This document shows positions 8,405 through 17,074 of a stretch of 32,000 nucleotides of DNA, in pieces. The stretch lies in assembly GCF_000011465.1 (NCBI RefSeq), contig NC_005072.1, forward strand, positions 960,001 to 992,000. The letters are read 5' to 3'. Position numbers and translations under genes: made by a program. Position 1 is the first letter of the stretch. The number at the start of each line of letters is the position of its first letter. Source of the stretch: Prochlorococcus marinus subsp. pastoris str. CCMP1986 (GTDB lineage: Bacteria > Cyanobacteriota > Cyanobacteriia > PCC-6307 > Cyanobiaceae). The notes beneath the pieces were generated by a model that saw nothing but the letters and a program-made list of their open reading frames with translations, made no database searches and was not told where the DNA came from.

Positions 8405-8758
8405 TTACATTATTCCTGCATTTCTCAAGAAAGCTTTACCTATATTTCCAATAACAAAAAATAAAGACAAATTAATCAAAAGAATGATTAATAATGCCAA
8501 CATTTTATAGTTAGGATTTGATGAAATCCCATCAAATCCATCGTTGAGAACTCTTTTAAAAAGCGAATTGTCGTTAGTTACTGGTTTATCCACTTCTAAA
8601 TCAGATTTACCTTTTTCATCCTCAATCTCTTGATTACTTGCATTTTCAAGAAATTCAGTAAATGCTTTAAAATTCTCCTCTTTATTACTTTCTTTCTTAA
8701 TTTCGGAAGATGATTCAATTGAATTTTTCTCCTCAGGGATTTGCTTTGATTCTTCCAA
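8405..8758 (-). CDS. acidic/charged protein with C-terminal TM helix
   Basis: 117-aa ORF; NYKMLALLIILLINLSLFFVIGNIGKAFLR at C-terminus. Confidence 0.65.
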   Translation of the reverse strand: MEESKQIPEEKNSIESSSEIKKESNKEENFKAFTEFLENASNQEIEDEKGKSDLEVDKPVTNDNSLFKRVLNDGFDGISSNPNYKMLALLIILLINLSLFFVIGNIGKAFLRNAGIM

Positions 8759-8936
8759 ATTTTAAATTTACGCTAGGGACATATTACACCATAAAAAAAA
8801 ACCCACTCGATCAAATGAAGAGAAGGTTAGTTAAGATTAAAATTCTTGATCTTATATTAATTAATTTTGATGAGTTTTGCGATTAGAAACTTTTTACTAA
8901 TCAACAGAATTTTAAAAGTAATTATTAAAATAAACT

Positions 8937-9140
8937 ATGCTTGATTCACAAACAATAAAAACCTGCAAGGAGAATCCAACAATAAGAGACATTAAGATAA
9001 AAAATATTGAGCATGCTATTGATCAAGCAGAAATGATGATTAAAGAATCAAAAATGAATCAAGAAGAATTAAGTTTTTTGAAAAGGAAAATATCTGATTC
9101 AAGGCAGGATCTGGAGATTCTTTATTTGATGAAAATTTAA
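8937..9140 (+). CDS. hypothetical protein
   Basis: 67-aa ORF, coiled-coil-like composition. Confidence 0.5.
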   Translation: MLDSQTIKTCKENPTIRDIKIKNIEHAIDQAEMMIKESKMNQEELSFLKRKISDSRQDLEILYLMKI

Positions 9141-9229
9141 ATAAATAAATGTTTTTCAAAATTAAGTTTTAGTATATTTAGAGACTTAAGAATATATTGA
9201 ATAATGATTATATTAAAAAAAACAACATT

Positions 9230-9331
9230 ATGTCAAAGAAAAGTATTTATATACCTATAAAAGTAGTTCCATATATATTTGTCTTAATTGCTGCTATTAC
9301 TATTGCTGCTACTACAAATATAATTATTTAG
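9230..9331 (+). CDS. 33-aa hydrophobic peptide
   Basis: Hand translation MSKKSIYIPIKVVPYIFVLIAAITIAATTNIII*. Confidence 0.35.
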   Translation: MSKKSIYIPIKVVPYIFVLIAAITIAATTNIII

Positions 9332-9421
9332 TACTTAAGAACATTGTTTATGAATAACATATAAGATAATTCAATAGAACATATTAATTAATCAAAAAGA
9401 TCAGATAAAAACAATAAATAC

Positions 9422-9673
9422 ATGAAAAATTTAAGGATAACTCTCGCTGTGATTTTTTTATCTATAGTCTTCCTTTTTAGTTTAAAAACATATCGTGATT
9501 TTGTTATTACTAATGATTTAAAAAATGAAGAAAAAATTAAATTAAAAAAATCAGCTGAAATCTTGAATGAATGTTTTGATCTAGAAAACAAAAGTAAGAG
9601 AACTATAAATGAAGCGTTGAAATTGATTGAATATTGTTTAGAAGAATTTGGATCTGAAAAAAAATTAAATTAG
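9422..9673 (+). CDS. hypothetical protein with N-terminal TM/signal anchor
   Basis: 83-aa ORF; co-directional with 9677 ORF, 3-nt gap. Confidence 0.55.
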   Translation: MKNLRITLAVIFLSIVFLFSLKTYRDFVITNDLKNEEKIKLKKSAEILNECFDLENKSKRTINEALKLIEYCLEEFGSEKKLN

Positions 9674-9676
9674 CAT

Positions 9677-9946
9677 ATGCTCAACTACTTATATCTTTTT
9701 AAAATAACTCACTTAGCATATATAAAAATGTTTATGGATAAAAAAAATATTAATAGATGGGAACCAACAAAAATTCAAATCGATAATATCATTCTTCCTG
9801 CCTATACCGACCTTTCTAAGAGATGTGTTTCTTATATTAATGAACTTGAATGCCCACCACAATACATAGCTGATATGTTGAGAGATTTAGCTGATGCAAT
9901 AATGACTTCATATCCTGAAGTTAAAAACAATAGTTCTAATTTATAG
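9677..9946 (+). CDS. hypothetical protein
   Basis: 89-aa ORF with coding-like composition, adjacent to OsmC gene. Confidence 0.6.
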   Translation: MLNYLYLFKITHLAYIKMFMDKKNINRWEPTKIQIDNIILPAYTDLSKRCVSYINELECPPQYIADMLRDLADAIMTSYPEVKNNSSNL

Positions 9947-9953
9947 TTTTTAA

Positions 9954-10361
9954 ATGAGTAAAATAACATGTTCTTATTTAGGGGACTTAAAATGCGAAGC
10001 CAAACATCTCCAATCTGGGAATCTAATCACAACTGATGCACCTATAGATCATTGCGGGAAAGGTGAAAACTTCTCACCAACTGATTTACTCGCAACCTCT
10101 CTAGGCTCTTGCCTTCTAACGATAATGTCTATCAAAGCGAGATCAAATGGTTGGGAATTAAAAAATATTTATTTAGATATTGAGAAAATAATGACTAAGA
10201 ATAAAGAAAGGAAAATAGCACAACTAAAAATAGATATTTATATTCCTGATGACTTATCAAAAGAAAAAATTGATTTTATAAAAAATGCTTCAGAAGATTG
10301 TCCTGTCACTAGAAATCTTTCTGAATCGCTTGATATTAAAATAAATTGGCATAACCAATAA
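9954..10361 (+). CDS. OsmC family protein (organic hydroperoxide / redox)
   Basis: FSPTDLLATSLGSCLLTIMSIKARSNG...CPVTRNLS: OsmC Cys motifs. Confidence 0.9.
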   Translation: MSKITCSYLGDLKCEAKHLQSGNLITTDAPIDHCGKGENFSPTDLLATSLGSCLLTIMSIKARSNGWELKNIYLDIEKIMTKNKERKIAQLKIDIYIPDDLSKEKIDFIKNASEDCPVTRNLSESLDIKINWHNQ

Positions 10362-10402
10362 ACTTTATAAAAATAATTTTCAATTTTTAATAATACGATT
10401 AT

Positions 10403-10519
10403 ATGAAATACTTCATAGGAATAATTATTCTTTTACTTGGAATATTTATAATTACTGATTTAGCATTTAAAACTAGATATACCAGAAAAAGATTGTCCGA
10501 TAAAAACAAGAATGAATAA
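10403..10519 (+). CDS. 38-aa membrane protein
   Basis: Hand translation MKYFIGIIILLLGIFIITDLAFKTRYTRKRLSDKNKNE*. Confidence 0.4.
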   Translation: MKYFIGIIILLLGIFIITDLAFKTRYTRKRLSDKNKNE

Positions 10520-10556
10520 GATTCTTGTTCTTATTAATCGATATATTAGAAATTTT

Positions 10557-10763
10557 TTAGGATACTTTTCTGGACTTTCTATTACTTATTTCAACCCATG
10601 ATTTTTGCCTTTTGTTTAAATCTGAAATGTATGCTCGAGATTTTCTAGCTAATTGAATTTTTTTTTCTCTTTGTCTAAGTTGATTTAACTCTTGAATAGA
10701 ATAGATTTTAGTATCTTTTTTATGCTTAAAAATACTTAAAAAATTAAGAAAATATTTTTTCAT
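10557..10763 (-). CDS. basic hypothetical protein
   Basis: 68-aa ORF. Confidence 0.5.
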   Translation of the reverse strand: MKKYFLNFLSIFKHKKDTKIYSIQELNQLRQREKKIQLARKSRAYISDLNKRQKSWVEISNRKSRKVS

Positions 10764-10846
10764 AGACTTAATCTACTGTCTTTTGTCATTTTGCCAATAG
10801 AGTAAAATTACTTTTATTAAATAAAAAATTTAAAATAATTTTTGAT

Positions 10847-11134
10847 TTATTTATATTTATCAATTTTCTTATCAATTAAATCGATTAAAGGAATCATGAA
10901 ATTAACATTTATACCTACAGTACACCATACGTATGTAAGACAAAATAGCAACTTTATATATAAGTTAGAGGGTAAAGTAAGAAACAATTTAAAAAAGCTG
11001 CCAACAAATAATATTAGTATTCCAATTTGCAATAATCCCTTAGCTATCCATAGAAAACCTCGTTTCCTTATGTTCTTGTAGAACCAAAAAAAAATAGCTC
11101 CAAAAATAAATAATAAAATTAGATTTATTATCAT
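10847..11134 (-). CDS. membrane protein
   Basis: 95-aa ORF with three hydrophobic segments; preferred over overlapping 10842-11081 frame. Confidence 0.55.
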   Translation of the reverse strand: MIINLILLFIFGAIFFWFYKNIRKRGFLWIAKGLLQIGILILFVGSFFKLFLTLPSNLYIKLLFCLTYVWCTVGINVNFMIPLIDLIDKKIDKYK

Positions 11135-11276
11135 TTAAATTCTTTAATAACACCTGTTAATAATAATGCTTTGGTTAAAGGAGAATATAAATATTACATT
11201 TTTAAAATCAATTAAAATTAAAGATATTAATTGATTATCTATAAATTTTTTTGAAAAACTATCGATCTAAATGAAT

Positions 11277-11672
11277 TTAAAACAACTTCGATTTTAATAA
11301 ATCAACCCTCTTTTGATTCACACCTAGATCACCTTCACCGACTCTAGATTCAGACCTAACAAGCAATTTACGAGATTCAGGAACAAAAGATACTTCTAAA
11401 TCATCAACGTATTTCATCCATTTACTTGTTACTTCAGCATGAAGATAGTCTCCATCAAGTTCAACAATTACTGATCTTGGGGTATTCTCGATAATTTCTT
11501 TAACTTCCTTAAAAGGTTGTTCGATTGAATCTACTTCCCATTCTTCTCTGACACAATGTGCTATTTCAACACACTCACTCAATTCAATGTGAGAAGCAAA
11601 TGAAGCTGAGGGAAATATAAATCCTATGAATACAAAGAAACTTACAAAAAAGATTTTCATTAAAACAAGCAT
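11277..11672 (-). CDS. DUF1499 domain protein with signal peptide
   Basis: CVREEW...TPRSVIVELDGDYLHAEVTSKWMKYVDDLEVSFVPESRKLLVRSESRVGEGDLGVNQKRVD. Confidence 0.85.
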   Translation of the reverse strand: MLVLMKIFFVSFFVFIGFIFPSASFASHIELSECVEIAHCVREEWEVDSIEQPFKEVKEIIENTPRSVIVELDGDYLHAEVTSKWMKYVDDLEVSFVPESRKLLVRSESRVGEGDLGVNQKRVDLLKSKLF

Positions 11673-11798
11673 GAAGTTTTCTTAATCTAACTAACAAAAA
11701 TAAAAATTTGATGGAATAATATTCAGTAAAATTTATATCTTATAGAAGAACTAAAAACTTCTAAGATTTAGAATTAAGTTTCAATAAATTTAAATATT

Positions 11799-12089
11799 TT
11801 GGAATTAACTGAATTAATAAAAGATTATATAGCCACAGAATTATTGTCTAGTACTGAACTTGACTTTCTAGAAGCAGAATTATGGGAAACCATTCAACAC
11901 ATTTCAGAGATAAATACATTAACAATGGCTCCAAAGGATATATGCAATAAATTAGAACTTAAGGAAAAATCTTGCTGGCAATTATGTTGTGCTGCAGTAC
12001 TTGATTTTTCAAGACCTTTAAAAGAGAAAAATGAAAGAGTTGAAAATTTCAACAAATTATTAAATCAATATAACCTTTGCAGCAAATAA
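11799..12089 (+). CDS. hypothetical protein
   Basis: 96-aa ORF with four Cys in the C-terminal half. Confidence 0.6.
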   Translation: MELTELIKDYIATELLSSTELDFLEAELWETIQHISEINTLTMAPKDICNKLELKEKSCWQLCCAAVLDFSRPLKEKNERVENFNKLLNQYNLCSK

Positions 12090-12109
12090 AAAAGACCCCT
12101 AAAGGGGCC
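12086..12109 (-). terminator. rho-independent terminator, minus strand
   Basis: Minus strand GGCCCCTTTAGGGGTC followed by TTTTTT. Confidence 0.65.
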
Positions 12110-12193
12110 TAAATTGGTTCTAATAAATCGAGTGTTTCCTTGTTTCCACTGATTTAATAAAACCTCTCCTACACACAATTTAAATTTCACATG
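12087..12193 (-). ncRNA. candidate small RNA B (~105 nt)
   Basis: Minus strand: TATAAT box (12199-12204), hairpin AAATC-AGTG / CACT-C-GATTT (12125-12155), terminator 12086-12109, intergenic. Confidence 0.5.
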
Positions 12194-12198
12194 ATTTT

Positions 12199-12204
12199 AT
12201 TATA
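12199..12204 (-). promoter_or_regulatory. -10 box TATAAT for candidate small RNA B
   Basis: Perfect TATAAT; TTGCCC 15 nt upstream (12220-12225). Confidence 0.45.
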
Positions 12205-12245
12205 GAGTAAATACTTATTGGGCAAGTATATTAATTGTCACAAAG

Positions 12246-12335
12246 CTAAAAACCAAAAGTACTCAAATTATTATTCGAGTACTTATTACTATCAGAAAAA
12301 TGTGTGTGAGGAGTTTCTGATTCAATCAATCTACA
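12246..12335 (-). ncRNA. candidate small RNA A with Yfr1-type motif ACTCCTCACAC
   Basis: Minus strand ACTCCTCACAC at 12304-12314, 3' hairpin AAGTACTC/GAGTACTT (12257-12284) followed by TTTTGGTTTTT; start not defined. Confidence 0.45.
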
Positions 12336-12437
12336 ATTATTCGAATTAAAAAAGCCACGGTATTAATCCCTATTTATATTTATTTACTTATTAAAAAATA
12401 AAACTAGAATACTTGGATTGGTACAAGATATTTTCAA

Positions 12438-12584
12438 ATGAAAAAAAGATACAAGAAAGTAATTTACATTTTTATTGCAATTGTCCTTATTTCAATTATT
12501 GGAGGAGTTGTAAAATATTCATTTAGGTACATTGACGAGAATCCTGATAAATATATTCCTAAAACAAAGCAAATAATAATTTAA
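12438..12584 (+). CDS. 48-aa single-pass membrane protein
   Basis: Hand translation MKKRYKKVIYIFIAIVLISIIGGVVKYSFRYIDENPDKYIPKTKQIII*. Confidence 0.45.
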   Translation: MKKRYKKVIYIFIAIVLISIIGGVVKYSFRYIDENPDKYIPKTKQIII

Positions 12585-12755
12585 TTTTTTGTTTTTTAGA
12601 TTTATTAAATTATATTTGCCAATTCCCTATTGTTTAAACTTAAACTCTGAATACTTAAAAAAATAACTAGGCTTAAAAAGAAATTATTTGAGTATAAATC
12701 CACTTTCCAAAATATTAAATCTGTCTTATAAACTTCTCGATGATTGGAGGACTTT

Positions 12756-12896
12756 ATGAAAAGAAAACATACCTTTTTTAAAAATAAAGATAATAATCTA
12801 GAAGACTTTAAAGCAAAGCATAATTATCAAATAGTTGAAGAATACTGGAGGAAAAGAAGAAAAGAATGTGAAAAAAATCTCTCTAAATTTTGCTAA
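12756..12896 (+). CDS. 46-aa basic hypothetical protein
   Basis: Hand translation MKRKHTFFKNKDNNLEDFKAKHNYQIVEEYWRKRRKECEKNLSKFC*; TTGGAGG upstream. Confidence 0.45.
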   Translation: MKRKHTFFKNKDNNLEDFKAKHNYQIVEEYWRKRRKECEKNLSKFC

Positions 12897-12905
12897 CCAA
12901 AAATT

Positions 12906-13154
12906 ATGGATTTTATAATTTCTATTTTTCTAGCTTCTGTTATGTGGGTTCAAGTTCCTCAATGGGAGGCTGATTGGTCAAAGTGTGCAGTAGATGTTCC
13001 TGATACATCATGTCATTGGTATGTCGCTGCACCCGATAATACCTTTGGAGAAGGATTTGATTGGGAAAGTGCCCCTTGGTTTGATGCTAACGGACTTCAA
13101 GATGTAGCAAAAATTGAGAAAGAAAGTGTAGTAGAAAAGCTTCAAAAAAATTAG
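12906..13154 (+). CDS. hypothetical protein
   Basis: 82-aa ORF, Trp-rich, coding-like composition. Confidence 0.6.
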   Translation: MDFIISIFLASVMWVQVPQWEADWSKCAVDVPDTSCHWYVAAPDNTFGEGFDWESAPWFDANGLQDVAKIEKESVVEKLQKN

Positions 13155-13247
13155 ATAATATTCAATTAATAAATTACATTTTTTAGCAATAAAGTATTCA
13201 TTTCTTTCTAATAATATTTAAGATGAAAATGACTTTTTAATATTTCA

Positions 13248-13394
13248 ATGCGCTTCAAAGTAAGTTTAAAAAAAGACGGCAAAGAGTTTGATGAAGTTGT
13301 GATAGCAAACAACAAGAAAGATGCTATTGAAGTGGCTTTAAAAAACAATCCAGAAGCGGAGGTCCTTAATTCTGATTGGACATTTAAACTTTGA
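13248..13394 (+). CDS. 48-aa hypothetical protein
   Basis: Hand translation MRFKVSLKKDGKEFDEVVIANNKKDAIEVALKNNPEAEVLNSDWTFKL*. Confidence 0.6.
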   Translation: MRFKVSLKKDGKEFDEVVIANNKKDAIEVALKNNPEAEVLNSDWTFKL

Positions 13395-13402
13395 AAAAAG
13401 TT

Positions 13403-14191
13403 TTAAAATTTATTTCCAATTTTTGGAATTATTAACGAAGCAACGCAAATAACACTTATTGCAGGACCAGGAGATAAGTTAAAAACAATTGAAAGAATAA
13501 AACCCAATAGAGAAATACAAAGTCCAAAGAATGAAGATCTCATCATTGCAATCCTAAGACTTTGTGCTTTATCAAGTCCTAATAAAGTAGGTGTTGAAAG
13601 TAATGCAATTACTAAAATTACTCCAACAGCAGACATTGAACTAACGATAACTAGTGCCGTCGTGAAACTTAGAGCTAGGTTTAACAAAGACACATTTATT
13701 CCACTAGCTGAGGCGCCCTCTGGATCTAATCCGACATATACAACTTTTTCATATCCGAACGTTACTAATAAAATGAATGTTAGAAAAGCAATAATTGTTC
13801 TTAACAAATCGCCAAGGTTTGCGGTTAATAAATCCCCAAATAATACTGCCTCTAAATCAATTCTTATCCCAAGAAGTGGAATTAGTAAAACCCCAAAACC
13901 AAGCATGCCAGCAAGAATTGTATTCATAACTGCTTCATAATTTTCACTTTTTTTATTAGTTAAACTCTCCGCAATAATTGCTCCGACAAGACCACTTATA
14001 ACTCCTCCAATTGAGGGATGAATACCTAGAGCTAGAGCTAGAGCTAGTCCCGGTAAAACACAATGAGAAATTAAATTTACTTGTAATAGTCTTCTATGAG
14101 TAATCAATACTGTTCCCATGGCTGGGCATAATATTCCAGAGAAAATAGTAATTATTAAAGGAATTAACCACCAGTTGTTTAAAAAAGACAT
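13403..14191 (-). CDS. znuB: zinc/manganese-type ABC transporter permease
   Basis: 262-aa ABC-3 family permease; LLITHRRLLQVNLISHCVLPGLALALALGIHPSIGG...GILCP. Confidence 0.85.
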   Translation of the reverse strand: MSFLNNWWLIPLIITIFSGILCPAMGTVLITHRRLLQVNLISHCVLPGLALALALGIHPSIGGVISGLVGAIIAESLTNKKSENYEAVMNTILAGMLGFGVLLIPLLGIRIDLEAVLFGDLLTANLGDLLRTIIAFLTFILLVTFGYEKVVYVGLDPEGASASGINVSLLNLALSFTTALVIVSSMSAVGVILVIALLSTPTLLGLDKAQSLRIAMMRSSFFGLCISLLGFILSIVFNLSPGPAISVICVASLIIPKIGNKF

Positions 14192-14238
14192 TAATCGTAT
14201 GATTCGTTATGATCAAAAAAGCAGGACATTAAAAGATC

Positions 14239-14643
14239 TTGAAAATAATGGTAACCAAGCCCGACATTACCAAAAGACAAGAGCAACTTCTTGAAGAACT
14301 TAAAAAATGTGATGATGAATTGAGTGGTCAAGAATTGCATAGGCTATTGATTATCGAAGGCAAATCCATGGGGTTGACAACAGTTTATAGAAATCTTCAA
14401 ACTCTTATAAAACATGGATTGATTCGATCTAGACATCTTCCAACAGGTGAAGTACTTTACACTCCTGTTGATAGAGATATTCACCATCTGACATGTGTTC
14501 AATGTGGAGAAACCTCCAAAATGGAAGGTTGTCCGGTAAAAGATATTCATAGTCCAAAGAAAAACCCAAAAAAATTTCAACTTTTGTTTCATACACTTGA
14601 ATATTTCGGCCTTTGCCAAAACTGTTATCAAGCTCAGAGTTAA
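14239..14643 (+). CDS. zur: Fur-family metalloregulator, probably Zur
   Basis: DELSGQELHRLL...GLTTVYRNLQTLIKHGLI...HHLTCVQCG...CQNC; location inside znu cluster. Confidence 0.8.
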   Translation: MKIMVTKPDITKRQEQLLEELKKCDDELSGQELHRLLIIEGKSMGLTTVYRNLQTLIKHGLIRSRHLPTGEVLYTPVDRDIHHLTCVQCGETSKMEGCPVKDIHSPKKNPKKFQLLFHTLEYFGLCQNCYQAQS

Positions 14644-14678
14644 ATTTAAAAATATTTTTAATCACAGATATTATTCTC

Positions 14679-15428
14679 TTATAAAGAACTAATATTGAGA
14701 TCATCCAATTTGCCTTGTATTGAATTGGGAGTTCCGGATGCTAATACTGTTTTATCTAAAACAACAACCTGATCATAACTATTGAGAGATGAGCCCCAAT
14801 CATGACTACTTATAAACAGAGCTAAGCCTGCATCTGCAAGTTTACGGACTATTTTAAGAAAATCGTCTTTTGCGGGAGGATCTAATGCAGCACATGGTTC
14901 ATCTAGCAGAAGAATTCTTGCAGGAGACATTAAAGTTTTAGCCAAAAGTGCTCTTTGTTGTTGTCCGCCTGAAAGAGAATCAAGTCTTCTATTTGCAAGA
15001 TTTGAAATGCCAACTCTTTGCATTGTTGCTTCCAATTCGCAACATTTATTAACCCAAGACTTTGGATTTGCGAGAAGAGCCTTTATTTGGAATGGATTAG
15101 TATTTTTTGATTTTGAATATTTTATTTGACCTAATGAGACTAATTTTTCAACAGTAATCGGAAATTTCCAATTCATTGAGCTTCTTTGTGGCATAAGTGC
15201 AACCTGGGATCTAGTTCTAACTAAACTTTCACCATCAATTGTTATATCTCCAATATCAGGATTATTTTGTCCTTGCAATAATTTCAAAAGAGTTGATTTA
15301 CCAGCTCCATTTGGTCCAACAAGAGCAGTCAATGTTCCTGGTTTTATTTGAACCGAAACCTTATTTAAAGCTGGCTTGCTTTTTTTTGAATAAGAATAAG
15401 TTAAATTATCTGCAATTAAAGTAGCCAT
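14679..15428 (-). CDS. znuC: zinc/manganese ABC transporter ATP-binding protein
   Basis: Walker A GPNGAGKS, signature LSGGQQQR, Walker B ILLLDEP. Confidence 0.88.
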   Translation of the reverse strand: MATLIADNLTYSYSKKSKPALNKVSVQIKPGTLTALVGPNGAGKSTLLKLLQGQNNPDIGDITIDGESLVRTRSQVALMPQRSSMNWKFPITVEKLVSLGQIKYSKSKNTNPFQIKALLANPKSWVNKCCELEATMQRVGISNLANRRLDSLSGGQQQRALLAKTLMSPARILLLDEPCAALDPPAKDDFLKIVRKLADAGLALFISSHDWGSSLNSYDQVVVLDKTVLASGTPNSIQGKLDDLNISSL

Positions 15429-15530
15429 TAAAGAATATATTTAAGTCAGTTAGACCTTTATTTTATCAATATTAAGGAATCCATACTTATTTCATAACAA
15501 TTAATACCAAATATTGCTATGAATTATGAA

Positions 15531-15543
15531 AATGATTATCATT
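15531..15543. promoter_or_regulatory. probable Zur/Fur box in divergent znuC/znuA promoter region
   Basis: AATGATTATCATT = perfect AATGAT-N-ATCATT inverted repeat within ATGAAAATGATTATCATTTTT. Confidence 0.65.
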
Positions 15544-15566
15544 TTTAAGTATTTGAAATTTGTTTA

Positions 15567-16988
15567 ATGTCAATTTTTAAAAAAGTAATCTTTAGTAATA
15601 AGAGATCTAATCATTCTGTTATCAAAAACTCTTTATTAGCTGGAACCGTATTATTATCAACAGTTGCTCAAGATGTTTTAGCGAAAGAAAAATCATATGT
15701 AGCTGTAGAGCCACTCACTTGCGATTTAGTAAAATCTATTGCCTTACCTTCTGATGAAGTAACTTGTTTGGTTGATAGAAAACAAGATGTACATGACTTT
15801 AAAATAACTCCAAGACAAGCTCAATTACTTAAAAGTGCGGATAAAGTTTTTACTCTAGGGAAAGAGATGACCCCAAGCATGAAAAATTGGGAGGGTAAGC
15901 CTCAAACAGTTGTAATTGGTGTAAGTGCTATAGATATAGATGATCACTCTGGGCATGATGACCATGCAGAAGGTTCATTTGAATGGGCAGGCAAATTTCA
16001 ACTCTCTAAAGGTTCCTACAAATGGTCATTCGCAAAGGTAGGAGGGGAATATGCAGATCCAGCTATGAAAATGGTGATTCTCGAATCAAATGATATTGAA
16101 TCTTCTGAAAAACTTGCTAAAGAACTATTAGGTTCTAAGAAGTCAATAAATAAAAAAAATAATGGGACTCTTGTAGCTAGTAATAAAGCCTATGTTCTTA
16201 ATTTTGATCAAGGGAAGGAGAGTACAGTATTTAATGTAGAAATTCAAGAAGATGGCCAATATACATTCTTCACTGAACATATGCCTTTTGAGTTTGAAGC
16301 CGAAGAACACTTCTTTAAAGATTTATCTAATAGCGATGTTGAACCAATTGCACAAGTTCCAGATGAAGGCGAGGGAAATCATCACCATGATCACGGAGGA
16401 TTAGATCCACATGTTTGGCATGATCCTCATAACATCAAAAAGATGGGAGAAGTTGTAAGTAAAAGTTTAAAGAAAGATATCTCTGTTTTTAATAGATCTG
16501 ACAGGAAATCAATCAATGCGAGCTTTGCTTCAGTAGATTCAACACTAGAAGAACTTGATAGCTGGATTGTTGCACAGGTCTCAACAATTCCAGAATCCAA
16601 CAGAGTTATTGTATCTAAACATAAAGCAATGGAATATTACGGCAATGCTTTTGGATTTGAGACTATTAGCTTACTAGATTTTATTGGTGACTCATCAAGT
16701 TTAAGACCTGACAATATTCAATCAACGTTGAAGATGCTTGATGAAGAAAATGTTAAGGCAATATTTCCTGAACAAATACCAGCTTCTAAGTTATTAAAAA
16801 ACTTGAGTAGACAAAGTTCAGTTCCTTTAGCTTCTAATCAAATATTTGTTGATGGATTAATGATGACAGGGAATACAGTTTCTGTTGCTGTTCACAATAC
16901 ATGTACCATTGTTAATTCATTAGGTGGAACATGTGATAAGGAAGCAGGCTCCAGCATTGAAGGCAACTGGATTTCTCTACAAAATTAA
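15567..16988 (+). CDS. znuA: zinc ABC transporter substrate-binding protein with His-rich linkers and an extra inserted domain
   Basis: Signal peptide; DDHSGHDDH, NHHHDHGGLDPHVWHDP, IVSKHKAMEYYGNAFGF; 473 aa, longer than usual for the family. Confidence 0.85.
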   Translation: MSIFKKVIFSNKRSNHSVIKNSLLAGTVLLSTVAQDVLAKEKSYVAVEPLTCDLVKSIALPSDEVTCLVDRKQDVHDFKITPRQAQLLKSADKVFTLGKEMTPSMKNWEGKPQTVVIGVSAIDIDDHSGHDDHAEGSFEWAGKFQLSKGSYKWSFAKVGGEYADPAMKMVILESNDIESSEKLAKELLGSKKSINKKNNGTLVASNKAYVLNFDQGKESTVFNVEIQEDGQYTFFTEHMPFEFEAEEHFFKDLSNSDVEPIAQVPDEGEGNHHHDHGGLDPHVWHDPHNIKKMGEVVSKSLKKDISVFNRSDRKSINASFASVDSTLEELDSWIVAQVSTIPESNRVIVSKHKAMEYYGNAFGFETISLLDFIGDSSSLRPDNIQSTLKMLDEENVKAIFPEQIPASKLLKNLSRQSSVPLASNQIFVDGLMMTGNTVSVAVHNTCTIVNSLGGTCDKEAGSSIEGNWISLQN

Positions 16989-17074
16989 ACTTTTCTATAG
17001 ATAACGGTTTTCATTATCTAATAATGTCTAGTATATTGATTGCTAGGCATTATTTTAATTAGATCAATTAATAG

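Noticed and set aside
9388-9591. Minus-strand 67-aa ORF
   Set aside because: Antisense to the better-supported 9422-9673 ORF that forms a run with its plus-strand neighbours.
10507-10527. Hairpin CAAGAAT/ATTCTTG overlapping the end of the 38-aa ORF
   Set aside because: Weak stem with no real U-run; not called as terminator.
10842-11081. Plus-strand ORF overlapping 10847-11134
   Set aside because: Minus-strand frame has a coherent multi-TM pattern; the plus frame looks like its shadow.
11206-11236. Inverted repeat AATCAATT...AATTGATT
   Set aside because: Pure AT-rich 8-bp arms without T-tract or motif; likely chance.
13662-13940. Plus-strand ORF inside znuB
   Set aside because: Antisense shadow of a conserved permease.
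14344-14704. Two minus-strand ORFs (14344-14631, 14429-14704) over the Fur-family gene
   Set aside because: Antisense shadows of a conserved regulator gene.
15239-15424. Plus-strand ORF inside znuC
   Set aside because: Antisense shadow of the ABC ATPase.
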